Assembly (NCBI GenBank): GCA_964607485.1
Contig: CAZSKP010000039.1
Coordinates: 1 to 41,334, forward strand
DNA length: 41,334 nucleotides
Reading direction: 5' to 3'
From: an uncultured bacterium
GTDB taxonomy: Bacteria > Abyssobacteria > SURF-5
Made by a program: the position numbers and the translations under genes. Shown here piece by piece: positions 9,191-18,374 of the stretch (its first letter is position 1; each line of letters opens with the position of its first letter). The notes beneath the pieces were generated by a model. That model ran no database searches, was not told where the DNA came from, and saw only the letters and a list, made by a program, of their open reading frames with translations.

Positions 9191-10252
9191 TCAGAAAATA
9201 TCGTAGATGCCGAACGAGACCTCCATGTCCGCAACCGTGATATCGGACGTGGAGACGGTATGTCCTCGAAGGATAACCGAAAACGGCTGCGGCTCGAACC
9301 GCGAGGGGACACCCCAGAAGCCCGCTCGTTTCAACATCTCCAGTTTGCGCGACGAGGGCGATACCAGGCAGAACGTCGCTGCGCAGCGGCTTGCCTCGCA
9401 CTCGCCGAACACGTGGCTCATCAGGCTCTCGACCACGTCCGGACCGCAATCCGGCGACAGAAAAAGGTCGTTGACCGTGCCGATTCGTACGTTGTTCCAA
9501 TCGGCGATGCGATAGACTGCAACACCGCGTGTGTCGTCTCTTTCCCCGGCGACGACCAGGTGATACCGGCGCCGTGGGATGTCGATGTAGCGCCAGTTGA
9601 GCCACGCGACGTCCGTTTCAACAGCCAGCTTGACGTCTTCGCGCAGGTTCGCCATGGGCAATTCATCGAACGACGACGCCGTCCTGACGGCCACCTTTTG
9701 CCTTGGCTTCTTGAGGAGGCCGCGAACGAGCGCGGTGTCGAGCCCTCCCAGACCCAGCCGTCGGGCCGCCGGAAAGCGGGCGGACAGAAGGGCGGCGGGC
9801 TCGTACGGGCGTATCAACAGACACGCGCGACCGATGTCCGCGTAACCCACCTTGCGGGTCAAGCCGGGGTAACTGTTGGGATTTGGCAAGCCGTATGAAA
9901 GTGCGATGCCGGCCTGTCCCAGCACCTCGCAGACCAGATTCGAGCATCTCGGAAACAGGTTCCTCCCCCTGAAATCGGGAAGCGTGACGCCGTTCACGAG
10001 CATGCCGGCCGTCATCAATGTTCCCCTGAAACGCACGGGTGTGGGCACGACCGCCAGCGCTGTGACGACCCTGCCGTCCGGCGTCAGACCGCAGCCGATA
10101 GTCGCTCGACCGGCAGGGTTGCGACGATACTCCCAGTCGAAATAATCGGCGTAGGCGATCTCCATGTCGCCGTATCCGCGCAGGAAAAGCTCGAGTATCT
10201 GGCTCTCGTCAGCGTCTTCCCAGAGCCGAAACACGATTTCCTTGTCAGCCAT
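9191..10252 (-). CDS. GNAT-family N-acyltransferase (double-GNAT, glycan-cluster type)
   Basis: FDWEYRRNPAG, VTLPDFRGRNLF, YGLPNPNSYPG, WLNWRY..IP. Confidence 0.8.
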   Translation of the reverse strand: MADKEIVFRLWEDADESQILELFLRGYGDMEIAYADYFDWEYRRNPAGRATIGCGLTPDGRVVTALAVVPTPVRFRGTLMTAGMLVNGVTLPDFRGRNLFPRCSNLVCEVLGQAGIALSYGLPNPNSYPGLTRKVGYADIGRACLLIRPYEPAALLSARFPAARRLGLGGLDTALVRGLLKKPRQKVAVRTASSFDELPMANLREDVKLAVETDVAWLNWRYIDIPRRRYHLVVAGERDDTRGVAVYRIADWNNVRIGTVNDLFLSPDCGPDVVESLMSHVFGECEASRCAATFCLVSPSSRKLEMLKRAGFWGVPSRFEPQPFSVILRGHTVSTSDITVADMEVSFGIYDIF

Positions 10253-10593
10253 CGGCGTGCCTCTGTGAATTTGTTAGATAATTGCATCGCCCGAGATGCA
10301 AGAATCAAACGAATTGTCGAATGAGCGGGAAAGCAAGGAATATGAGATATTCAACTGGGCAAAACGCTGTAAGTTGCGACGTTGCCGAGAATTCTGTCGT
10401 TTGTTGGAGCGGAGAAAACTATACCAAGCGCGGGAAGATAAGTCAAGACAGGCGCTGTGTTTGCCGGTTGCGAAAAAAAGTGTTGACTTGAAGCCCCACC
10501 TCAATAAGAATAGATTCGACGCGGCAAAGGACGAGGAAGAAAGAATGTGAACTCCGCTGTGACTATGATGCATCGGGAAAGAGAGGAAATAGA

Positions 10594-11541
10594 ATGGCGA
10601 GCGCAAGTATGCAACTCGGCTTGGTGAAGCTTTCCGACCGCGCCTATGGTTACCTGCAGAAGGATGAGGGGCTCGGATGGAGCAACGCGGGCCTGATTGC
10701 GGGCAAGGGCGGAGCGCTTCTCATCGACACCCTGTTCGACCTGCCTCTGACAAAAAGGATGCTCGACGAGATCGCGGGCAAGGTCGGCAAACCCATAAGG
10801 CAACTGGTGAACACCCACCACAACGGCGACCACTGCTGGGGAAACCAATTGGTTGCGGACGCGGAGATAATCGCCCACCGGTCGTTCCGCGACGAAATGA
10901 TGAAGACCTCGCCCGACATTCTTCAGGCTCTCAAAGGCGCGCCCGCCGATGACCCGGCAATGTCACTGCTTGGAAAGGCGATGGCGCCGTTCGACTTTTC
11001 GGGAATCGAGCTCACTCCGCCGACGCTGACTTTCGACAAGAGCCTGACGGTGTACATCGACGACCGCGAGGTGGACCTGATTCATGTCGGCCCCGCGCAT
11101 ACCTCGACGGATGTGATTGTGTTCTTCCCGGAAGAGAGAGTGCTGTATGCGGGCGATATTATTTTCCGCCTGTGCACGCCGATCGGCTGGGAGGGGAGTT
11201 ACGAGAACTGGATTGCGGCGCTTGACCGAATCATCGAACTCAATCCTGAAAAGATTGTGCCTGGACACGGCCCCCTGTGCGGTACGGAGGGAGCCTCTGA
11301 GATGCGCGACTACCTGGAATATGTGTACAAAGAGGCAAGAGCGTGCTTCGACCGAGAGATGACCGCGGCTGAGGCGTCAAAGAAGATCGACCTTGGCCCT
11401 TATGCCGGCTGGACCGAACCCGAGCGCATCATCTTCAACGTCTCGCGCGCCTATCGCGAGTTTCGGGCCGAGCCCATCGACACGCCGGTGGACTTTTTGG
11501 AAATGGCGGGCGTCATGGCCGAAATCAGGCAGGCGCGTTGA
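10594..11541 (+). CDS. MBL-fold metallo-hydrolase (cyclase-like)
   Basis: SNAGLI, LIDTL, NTHHNGDHCWGN, PAHT..D, YAGD, VPGHG. Confidence 0.9.
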   Translation: MASASMQLGLVKLSDRAYGYLQKDEGLGWSNAGLIAGKGGALLIDTLFDLPLTKRMLDEIAGKVGKPIRQLVNTHHNGDHCWGNQLVADAEIIAHRSFRDEMMKTSPDILQALKGAPADDPAMSLLGKAMAPFDFSGIELTPPTLTFDKSLTVYIDDREVDLIHVGPAHTSTDVIVFFPEERVLYAGDIIFRLCTPIGWEGSYENWIAALDRIIELNPEKIVPGHGPLCGTEGASEMRDYLEYVYKEARACFDREMTAAEASKKIDLGPYAGWTEPERIIFNVSRAYREFRAEPIDTPVDFLEMAGVMAEIRQAR

Positions 11542-11935
11542 AACGAGCGAACGCGCTTCTGACCGCGGCAAGCAGTTCATCGACCCGAAAGGGTTTGAAG
11601 AGGTAGCCCTCAGGCGGGGGCACTGTCAGGCGGCGATTGAGAATCTCCTCGAACTCGGGCTGAAACGCGGAGATGACGAGCACGGGTATGTCCGTCCATT
11701 CGGGGGCCGCCTTCAGCTCCTGATAGAATTTGACACCCGTCTTTTCCGGCATGGCCAGGTCGAGGGTGATGAGATCGGGCCGTTCTTCCCTGAGCCTATC
11801 GAACGCTTCCACTCCATCGACGGCGGTTGCGACCTCGTATCCATTATCCCGAAGGATGATGGCAAGGTACTTGATTATGTCCTGCTCGTCGTCGATGACG
11901 AGGATTTTTTTGATCCCGTGTTCCGGCATTTTCAA
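11525..11935 (-). CDS. Stand-alone response regulator receiver
   Basis: ILVIDDE, LITLDLAMPEKTG, VISA, YLFKP; 3' end overlaps the convergent MBL gene by 17 bp. Confidence 0.9.
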   Translation of the reverse strand: MKMPEHGIKKILVIDDEQDIIKYLAIILRDNGYEVATAVDGVEAFDRLREERPDLITLDLAMPEKTGVKFYQELKAAPEWTDIPVLVISAFQPEFEEILNRRLTVPPPEGYLFKPFRVDELLAAVRSAFARFNAPA

Positions 11936-12031
11936 TCTGTATGCCCAGTTGGATGGAACATCTCGATTGAGAGATTCCGGCCTGCGTGACCGGCGCCGGC
12001 AAACGGTCGAGACCTTCTGAAACGTCGCGTG

Positions 12032-12580
12032 TCAGCGGCTTTTTCGGGAGCGAAGCATGTCGATGGCTTTTTGGAGAGCTTCCGGGTCGGCCGAGCCAAG
12101 CAGGTCTTGCGCTTCTTTCTTCAGGGCCTCTGGGTCCGGTTTCCGCTCAGCCCCTCCTTCTGTCGCGGGCTCTTCCTCGATTCCGAGCTCCCGTTTGACC
12201 ATGTTCACGAAATTCTCGGCTCGCACCGGCTTTTCGAGGTAAACGTGCGGTCCCGACAGAGTCTTGCCCTCCAAAATTTCTCTCAGGTCGTGGCTGCCGA
12301 GCTCGTCCCTCGCGTGCGCGGTCACAATTATAACCGGAATCCTCGACCACTCCTTGTTTCTGCGGAGCTCGTAGAGGAACCTGACTCCCGACTTCTTCGG
12401 CATGACCAGGTCGCATGAGATAAAATCGGGCGGGCGTTCCTTGACCCTCTGCAGGGCCTCATCGCCGTTGGATGCCGTGACCACGTTGAAGCCTGCATCC
12501 TCGAGAGCGGTTTGCAAAAATAGCACCACATCGGGTTCGTCATCCACGACCAGAACCGTTTTTTCTGACGGAGTCGTCAT
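12032..12580 (-). CDS. Response regulator receiver with short C-terminal extension
   Basis: VLVVDDEPD, ISCDLVMPKKSG, IVTAH, YLEKP; no recognisable output domain. Confidence 0.9.
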   Translation of the reverse strand: MTTPSEKTVLVVDDEPDVVLFLQTALEDAGFNVVTASNGDEALQRVKERPPDFISCDLVMPKKSGVRFLYELRRNKEWSRIPVIIVTAHARDELGSHDLREILEGKTLSGPHVYLEKPVRAENFVNMVKRELGIEEEPATEGGAERKPDPEALKKEAQDLLGSADPEALQKAIDMLRSRKSR

Positions 12581-12643
12581 CGTCTCGTCCCTTTCGCCTC
12601 AGATAGTTTTTTCCATGCTCGCCCGAAACATCCCGGCTTTCGC

Positions 12644-14458
12644 TCACGCCGACTCCGGTTCCGGCTCCGGCTGAGTCGGCTGCGGCAATCGCTCGCGAGG
12701 AAACACGAGCCGGAACAGGGAACCCTCTCCCGGGGTCGATTCGACCGTTATCTTGCCGCCGTGTTCCTGCACTATCTTGCGTGTCAGCAGCAATCCCAGG
12801 CCTGTGCCGCCGGTCCCCTTTGTCGTGAAGAAGTTCGTGAACACTCTCTGCTTGATCTCGTAATCCATGCCGGAGCCTTCGTCGGCCACTTCATATATGA
12901 GAGAACCGTTTTCTTCCTTGCATCTGACGGTCACGCTGCATTTTGGCTTCTCGCTCATCTGACATGCATCGAGCGCGTTTGAGACGAGATTGGCCAGACA
13001 GGTGTGTATCTCCTCCGAGTCGAGCGGCGCCTCGGCAATCGAGCCGTCAGTTTCCGCGATCAAATCGATGCCGTCCTGTTGCGCGGCGTCGTGGTAGAGC
13101 GAAACGATGTCACGCACCAGATCGTTGGGATTGACCACCGTGACGTGCGGCGTCCGGCCCTTGGAGAAGTTTAGCAGATTTTTCACCAGAGCGGAAATTT
13201 TTCCGATGTTGCGCTTGAGCATTTCCCAGCCGACGTCCACGCGTTCCTGCTGGCCTTTCTTGAGGCCGGAGTTGACGACGTACATGCCGCCCTCAAGGCC
13301 GGTGAGGATGTTCTTGATGCCGTGCGCCAAGCCCGCCACGGTCTGGCCGACGGCCGCCAGTCGCTCGGCGTCTATCTTGTCGCGCTCGAGTTGTTTGATC
13401 TTGCGGAGGTCCTGAAGAAATATCGCGTTGCCGATAGGCTCGTCTTCTCTTTTCAAAGTTACGCCGGACAAGCGAACGGGAATTCCCTCGCCGTCACCGG
13501 CCATGACGATTGTCTCGGGCAGGATGCATATGTCCCTGCCGGCCGCCACGGCTTCCCTGAACTTGACCGGCAGGATCGAGTCGGGGGGACGACGACCGAT
13601 GAGCTCGCGGGCGCTGTATTTCAGGATCGATTCCGCCGCGGGGTTAAGAATCATCACCTTTCCGTCGGGGTCGGTGGCGATAACTCCGTCGATGGAGTTC
13701 TCTATCAGGGTTTCGCGAAGAGCGTTTGCGCGGGCGAGTTCGTCCTCCAGCTTATGGACTTCCGTCATGTCCAGTGCCATTTCGATGACGTGCGCGATGT
13801 TCGGGCCGCCCCTTGAGAGCGGAGAAGTGTTGACGAAGTAATGGGTCGGTTTTCCGTCCTTGCTTATGCCGACGTGGGCGCCGCTGTGTGCATGGCCGTC
13901 CAGGAATGTCATCTCCGCCGGACAATCCTCACACTTCTCCGTCCGGCGTTTGTACACCTCGTAGCAATGCTGGCCGGTCGTCTCGCCGAAGGTCTCGTGA
14001 AAGCGTTCGTTTGCGCGCACGACCCTCAAGTCGCGGTTCAGCACGGCGACGAAGCAGGGGACGCGCTCGAACAGTATCTGATATTCCCGCTGCAGCCGCT
14101 TGGTCTCGGTCACGTCGGTGGACATTTCTATCAAGTAGGGGATATCCCCGTTTTCACCATAGATGGGCGCGATGTGGACGATATAGTGGGCGGTTCGCCC
14201 CTTGCGGTCCACGCCCACCTCGTCGTTGACCCTCACCTTGCCGTCTGCGAACGTTTGCGTCGCCATACAGTGGCTGCATCGTTCGGACCGGCCTTTGTAC
14301 ACCTGATAACACGGAAGCCCTCTGCCCTCGCCGAATACCTCGGCGAAGCTGTGGTTGTTATCGACGATGTTGTAGTTCCGGTCAATGATGGCGATGTTGC
14401 ACGGCACCAGGTCGAAGAGCTGTGTGTTCAGCCATCGTTGCCATTCGAATTCCGCCAT
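12644..14458 (-). CDS. Cytoplasmic triple-PAS sensor histidine kinase
   Basis: Three PAS repeats and no TM segment; H-box AGLAHGIKN, N-box NLVSNALDA, DEGSGM, FFTTK, GTGLGL. Confidence 0.93.
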   Translation of the reverse strand: MAEFEWQRWLNTQLFDLVPCNIAIIDRNYNIVDNNHSFAEVFGEGRGLPCYQVYKGRSERCSHCMATQTFADGKVRVNDEVGVDRKGRTAHYIVHIAPIYGENGDIPYLIEMSTDVTETKRLQREYQILFERVPCFVAVLNRDLRVVRANERFHETFGETTGQHCYEVYKRRTEKCEDCPAEMTFLDGHAHSGAHVGISKDGKPTHYFVNTSPLSRGGPNIAHVIEMALDMTEVHKLEDELARANALRETLIENSIDGVIATDPDGKVMILNPAAESILKYSARELIGRRPPDSILPVKFREAVAAGRDICILPETIVMAGDGEGIPVRLSGVTLKREDEPIGNAIFLQDLRKIKQLERDKIDAERLAAVGQTVAGLAHGIKNILTGLEGGMYVVNSGLKKGQQERVDVGWEMLKRNIGKISALVKNLLNFSKGRTPHVTVVNPNDLVRDIVSLYHDAAQQDGIDLIAETDGSIAEAPLDSEEIHTCLANLVSNALDACQMSEKPKCSVTVRCKEENGSLIYEVADEGSGMDYEIKQRVFTNFFTTKGTGGTGLGLLLTRKIVQEHGGKITVESTPGEGSLFRLVFPRERLPQPTQPEPEPESA

Positions 14459-14468
14459 AGTTTTTTTC

Positions 14469-14900
14469 TCAGGCAGTCAACTCTTGAATCATGTCCATGA
14501 ATGACGGTAGGTCGATCGGCTTCTCAATGTAGCCGTCGGGCTCGGACGTGGCGCCGGGTCCGAGCCGGCTCATTTCCTGCTCCATGTTCAAGCCGCTGAT
14601 TATCAGAACGCGTACATCGTTGAGCGTTCGGTCTTCCTTGATCTTCCGATACAAGGAACAGCCTGTTTCCTCCGGCATGAGGATGTCCAGACACACCAGG
14701 TCGGGACGCTGCGAGCGAATCAGCTCGAATCCGTCGTTGGCGTTCGTGGCTGAGCAAACGTCGAATCCGCTGTCCTGCAATGCCGAAGCCAGATAGAACA
14801 CGATGTCCGGCTCATCGTCTATGATCGCAATTTTCTTGTTTCCCATTTTTCCCCTGACATTCTTACTGAATATGTTCGACTTACTTTCCACTTCTATCAT
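14469..14900 (-). CDS. Stand-alone response regulator receiver (start 14900 by ATGA overlap, or 14846)
   Basis: IAIIDDEPD, VCLDILMPEETG, IISG, YIEKP. Confidence 0.9.
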   Translation of the reverse strand: MIEVESKSNIFSKNVRGKMGNKKIAIIDDEPDIVFYLASALQDSGFDVCSATNANDGFELIRSQRPDLVCLDILMPEETGCSLYRKIKEDRTLNDVRVLIISGLNMEQEMSRLGPGATSEPDGYIEKPIDLPSFMDMIQELTA

Positions 14901-16840
14901 AATGTCGGACTCTCCGGCTGCGGATACGGTTCCAGGGCGGTCAGCATCGAGTCGTCCAGCCCCTGGTGACAGGCGCCGCAGCGAGCGAGGTGCGGGGCCA
15001 ACTCCGCCTTTTCGGCCTGTTTCTGCTTATGGCATTCGACACAGAGCTTGTGCATCGCCGTCATATAGCCCGGCGCGAATCCGTTCTGGTCTTCTTCGGA
15101 AATCTTGACGAAGCTGTTCGGAGCCATCATTTTCTTATGGCAGTCGTTGCACGGGGTTGCGGCCTCGCGGGTCTTGGGGTCGGCGGGATTGCGATGACAT
15201 TCGACGCAGCCGCCTTTGTCGGCGAGCTTGGCCTTATGAAACTCATGGTCGAAGGTGTCGGTTGTAAGGAACATGTCGCGATGACATTCAGAGCAGGAAG
15301 TCGCCTTGTCGAGAGGCTTGTTCATGTGATGACACAGTCCGCACGATTCCTTGTCGCCGTTATCTTTCTGGTGTTTCGCGTGATTGAACAGGACGAACTT
15401 GTTCGTGCGGTCTCCGTCGATCAAAAGCATGTCCGTTTTCTCGCCGTTTTCAGGATTGCTGTGCTTCTCGGGGTCAAACAGCGCGTAAGCATACAGCGGC
15501 TCGCTGTCAGATTTCTCCTGAAGCCCGTCAACCAAGCGCGCTCCCTCCACGGGCGTCTTCTCGGGCGTCACGCCGCTTGCAAGGTAGTTGGGCATCAGCG
15601 CAAATCCCAATGCGGCGGCAATGATGAAGATGAGCGAATACTGGCGTGCATTGGCCAATGCCGACCAGTTAAGCCGAACTCCCGAAATCGGGTCGGCCGT
15701 CGGAAGCTCGTATTTCTCCTGCGCCTCGCCGCGCGGCTTCTCGTAAACGACAAAGTTCTCGACGAAGAAGAAGAAAACCAGCCCGACCGCCGAGACGATG
15801 CCGATGCTGACGGCAAACTCCATCCACGACGGAAAGTATGCAGACCCCGTTTCCGGAATGGTAGCGAGCCCGCTAACATCTATTCGATTCAGCACAAAAC
15901 CGAACACGGCCAGCCCGGCGCCCGTCGCCAAGCCCCCCACGCTCTGCCGAACCTTCGGCAACGCGAACAACACGATGGGGAGGATAGTACTGATGAGAAG
16001 CTCGAAGATAAACAGGTTGCTTTCCCACGACCCGTTTGTCAGGTAATGGAGCTTGTTGCTGAAAGCCAGGTCGCCCAGCTTCAGTATCGCATACAGTCCC
16101 AGTACCCACGCGGCCGCCTTCGCCAGACCGCTGAGCAAGTCCTTTTCCAATTCCTTCTTATACAGCCACGAGCTCACCATGGACTCAGTGATCACCATTG
16201 CGAGCCCGAGCCCAATAGCCGAGACGAAGAACAGGATGGGCAGAATCGAAGAATACCACAGCGGGTGAATGCGAAACGGCATAATCAGAAACAGGGTCCC
16301 CAGGGACGACTGGTGAAGCGTGGAGAGCATGATGCCCAGGATCACGAGCGGCAGCGTGAGAGCCTTGAGGATCTTGTACAGCATCTGAAACATCTTGAAC
16401 GGAAGCCGCTCCAGCACCACCGGCGCAAACTCGAGCGCCAGCACGGTGAGATAAAGCATGACGCACCACGCTACCTCGAACAGCGCCGAATGGTCCTGCC
16501 AGAACACCATCGGATGCCAGATGTTCCACGGAAGACCGATGTCGAATAGCAGCCCGATAGCGACAGCGACGTACCCCAAGAAGGCCGTCAACACCGCCGG
16601 CCTCAGAATCGGGCGATACTTCTCCAGATGGAAAATGTAAACGCATCCGGCGATCACAAACCCGCCCGCCGCCAGGGCGACTCCGCCGAGCACATCGAAC
16701 CCGATCCACAGTCCCCACGGGGTCGTGTCGGTCAGCGCGGTCACGGTGCCCAGTCCCTTCAGGAACCGAAACACCGTCACTGTCGCGGCTAGGCCAACGA
16801 AGAACCACAGAATTCCTTTTACCAGCTTGACTCTCATCAT
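14897..16840 (-). CDS. NrfD/HybB/HmcC-family membrane subunit fused to a six-heme cytochrome c domain
   Basis: PWGLWIGFDV..GVALAAGG, SALFEVAWC, LSTLHQSSLG, HPLWYS, YFPSWME; about 10 TM helices plus an extra one; then six CxxCH (CGLCH, CSECH, CVECH, CNDCH, CVECH, CGACH). Start set at ATG 16840 (ATGA overlap, RBS GGCGGAG) rather than 17383. Confidence 0.9.
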   Translation of the reverse strand: MMRVKLVKGILWFFVGLAATVTVFRFLKGLGTVTALTDTTPWGLWIGFDVLGGVALAAGGFVIAGCVYIFHLEKYRPILRPAVLTAFLGYVAVAIGLLFDIGLPWNIWHPMVFWQDHSALFEVAWCVMLYLTVLALEFAPVVLERLPFKMFQMLYKILKALTLPLVILGIMLSTLHQSSLGTLFLIMPFRIHPLWYSSILPILFFVSAIGLGLAMVITESMVSSWLYKKELEKDLLSGLAKAAAWVLGLYAILKLGDLAFSNKLHYLTNGSWESNLFIFELLISTILPIVLFALPKVRQSVGGLATGAGLAVFGFVLNRIDVSGLATIPETGSAYFPSWMEFAVSIGIVSAVGLVFFFFVENFVVYEKPRGEAQEKYELPTADPISGVRLNWSALANARQYSLIFIIAAALGFALMPNYLASGVTPEKTPVEGARLVDGLQEKSDSEPLYAYALFDPEKHSNPENGEKTDMLLIDGDRTNKFVLFNHAKHQKDNGDKESCGLCHHMNKPLDKATSCSECHRDMFLTTDTFDHEFHKAKLADKGGCVECHRNPADPKTREAATPCNDCHKKMMAPNSFVKISEEDQNGFAPGYMTAMHKLCVECHKQKQAEKAELAPHLARCGACHQGLDDSMLTALEPYPQPESPTL

Positions 16841-17670
16841 TTCTCCGCCTCTGAATTTTCCGGTTTCACTTCGCCGTCGGACTTCTGTTCGAGTGAAGGC
16901 GGCGACATTTCGCCCATGGCCTCCGCCTGCAGGCGCATGCGGCGCTCGATTATCCAGTACACACCGTACATCATCGCTCCCACTCCCACAAAGACGCCGG
17001 GCACCTTGTTCAGGAAGACCCACGTCTTGAGCGGCAGCGGCTTTTCGCCGAGGTCCTTTTTCCATCCGATGAAGTCGAGGTCGATGTCTGAGACATACAA
17101 CACCGACGTGCCTCCGACGTCGTGCTCGCCGAACACCTTGGGCACGTACAAGCCCGGCTTTTCTCCGATTCTCTTGTGGGCCAGCTCGAGCAGTTCTTCG
17201 CGCTCGCCATAGATGGTGGCCTTGGTGGGACACGCCGCCGTGCAGGCCGGCTGGTCGAGCTCGTCGCTCTTGATTTTGTGGTAACACATGATGCACTTGC
17301 GCACGTACGGCACCGGCTCCGACCACGTGTAGCGGGGGATGCCGTACGGGCACGCCATCATGCAATAGCGGCATCCCATGCACTTGTCGGAGTCATACAC
17401 GACCGGTCCTTCGGGCGTCTTGTGCATCGCTCCGACGGGGCAGACCGAGACGCATGCGGGGTCGAGGCAGTGCCGACACTGCTTGCGCACGTAGTGCTTC
17501 CCCGGCCGGGTGATGATCTTCGTCCATCGGGTGGCGGAAAGGTCGTCGATCCTGCGCTGCCAGCGCCAAGGCTGGTCGTCGCCCGTGCCGTTTGTCTTCT
17601 TGCACGCGCTGACGCACTCCTCGCACCCGATGCACAGGGTCACGTCTGTCAGGATGCTCATCTGTTTCAT
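16837..17670 (-). CDS. Four-cluster Fe-S protein (HybA/HmcB/FdnH/DsrO family) with C-terminal TM anchor
   Basis: CIGCEECVSAC, CRHCLDPACVSVCP, CMGCRYCMMACP, KCIMC...PACTAACP, GEHDVGGTSVLY; no twin-arginine signal. Confidence 0.93.
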   Translation of the reverse strand: MKQMSILTDVTLCIGCEECVSACKKTNGTGDDQPWRWQRRIDDLSATRWTKIITRPGKHYVRKQCRHCLDPACVSVCPVGAMHKTPEGPVVYDSDKCMGCRYCMMACPYGIPRYTWSEPVPYVRKCIMCYHKIKSDELDQPACTAACPTKATIYGEREELLELAHKRIGEKPGLYVPKVFGEHDVGGTSVLYVSDIDLDFIGWKKDLGEKPLPLKTWVFLNKVPGVFVGVGAMMYGVYWIIERRMRLQAEAMGEMSPPSLEQKSDGEVKPENSEAEK

Positions 17671-18368
17671 ATCGGCACGTTCTCTTTCTTTAGAGCGATG
17701 GTCACATCATCGCCGGATTTCGCCGGGAAATGCCAGCCCACTTCGGAGACCAGTTGAGTAGTCGGAAGAAGGACGATGTGGCCGAGTTTGGTGAACGGTA
17801 TCAGGACGAAAATCACGTTTGCGCTCATCACGTGAACGAACATGACGAGGTTGTAATCGAGCGGGTTCAGGGCGGGATGCATGCCCAGAAAGCCCGTGAC
17901 GAACGGTATTATCAGCAAGGGCGGAAGCAGGATGTCCTGCACCCGGCTGATTCGTCTCGATTGCCGATTCCCCAGCCGGCCCACCATCAGCCCCACCGCC
18001 GCCGCTATCGTCACGAGCGTCAGCGCATCGGCCACGACGTGCGGCAGCGAGGGCCAGCCTATCCCCAGTCCGCGCCTCCACAGCTCTATGTGCGCGAGCA
18101 GGAATATGGGTGTCAGGATCAGGCCCACGTGGAACGCCACCGAGGTGATGCTGTACGAAAGCCGGTTGCTCAGCTTCTTGGCGGGAAACAACCACTGCAG
18201 CGTGCTGACGAACACCGCTTTGTACGGGATGTTCCTGTCGCCGGCGCGGTAGATGGCGTGGACGATGCCGGCCACCGTTACGACCACGTGGCGAATGAGG
18301 CCCAGTACCATCAGAATGAAGGCGAATCGAAAGGCGGGGCCGCGCGCCCATTCTAACCACTGTTCCAT
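17667..18368 (-). CDS. NarI-like membrane cytochrome b (HmcE/TmcC/DsrM family)
   Basis: WARGP, AFHVGLILTPIFLLAHIELW, HVMSAN, IPFTKLGH; about five TM helices with four candidate heme b histidines. Confidence 0.88.
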   Translation of the reverse strand: MEQWLEWARGPAFRFAFILMVLGLIRHVVVTVAGIVHAIYRAGDRNIPYKAVFVSTLQWLFPAKKLSNRLSYSITSVAFHVGLILTPIFLLAHIELWRRGLGIGWPSLPHVVADALTLVTIAAAVGLMVGRLGNRQSRRISRVQDILLPPLLIIPFVTGFLGMHPALNPLDYNLVMFVHVMSANVIFVLIPFTKLGHIVLLPTTQLVSEVGWHFPAKSGDDVTIALKKENVPI

Positions 18369-18374
18369 CTGTCG

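Noticed and set aside
10296-10550. 84-aa ORF with a few Cys in the GNAT-MBL divergent gap
   Set aside because: No RBS or family motif; the region looks like a divergent promoter zone.
16841-17383. 181-aa N-terminal extension of the NrfD-cytochrome ORF in the track
   Set aside because: Overlaps the ferredoxin gene in another frame and is Arg/Ala-rich noise; the family match starts at the ATGA-coupled ATG 16840.
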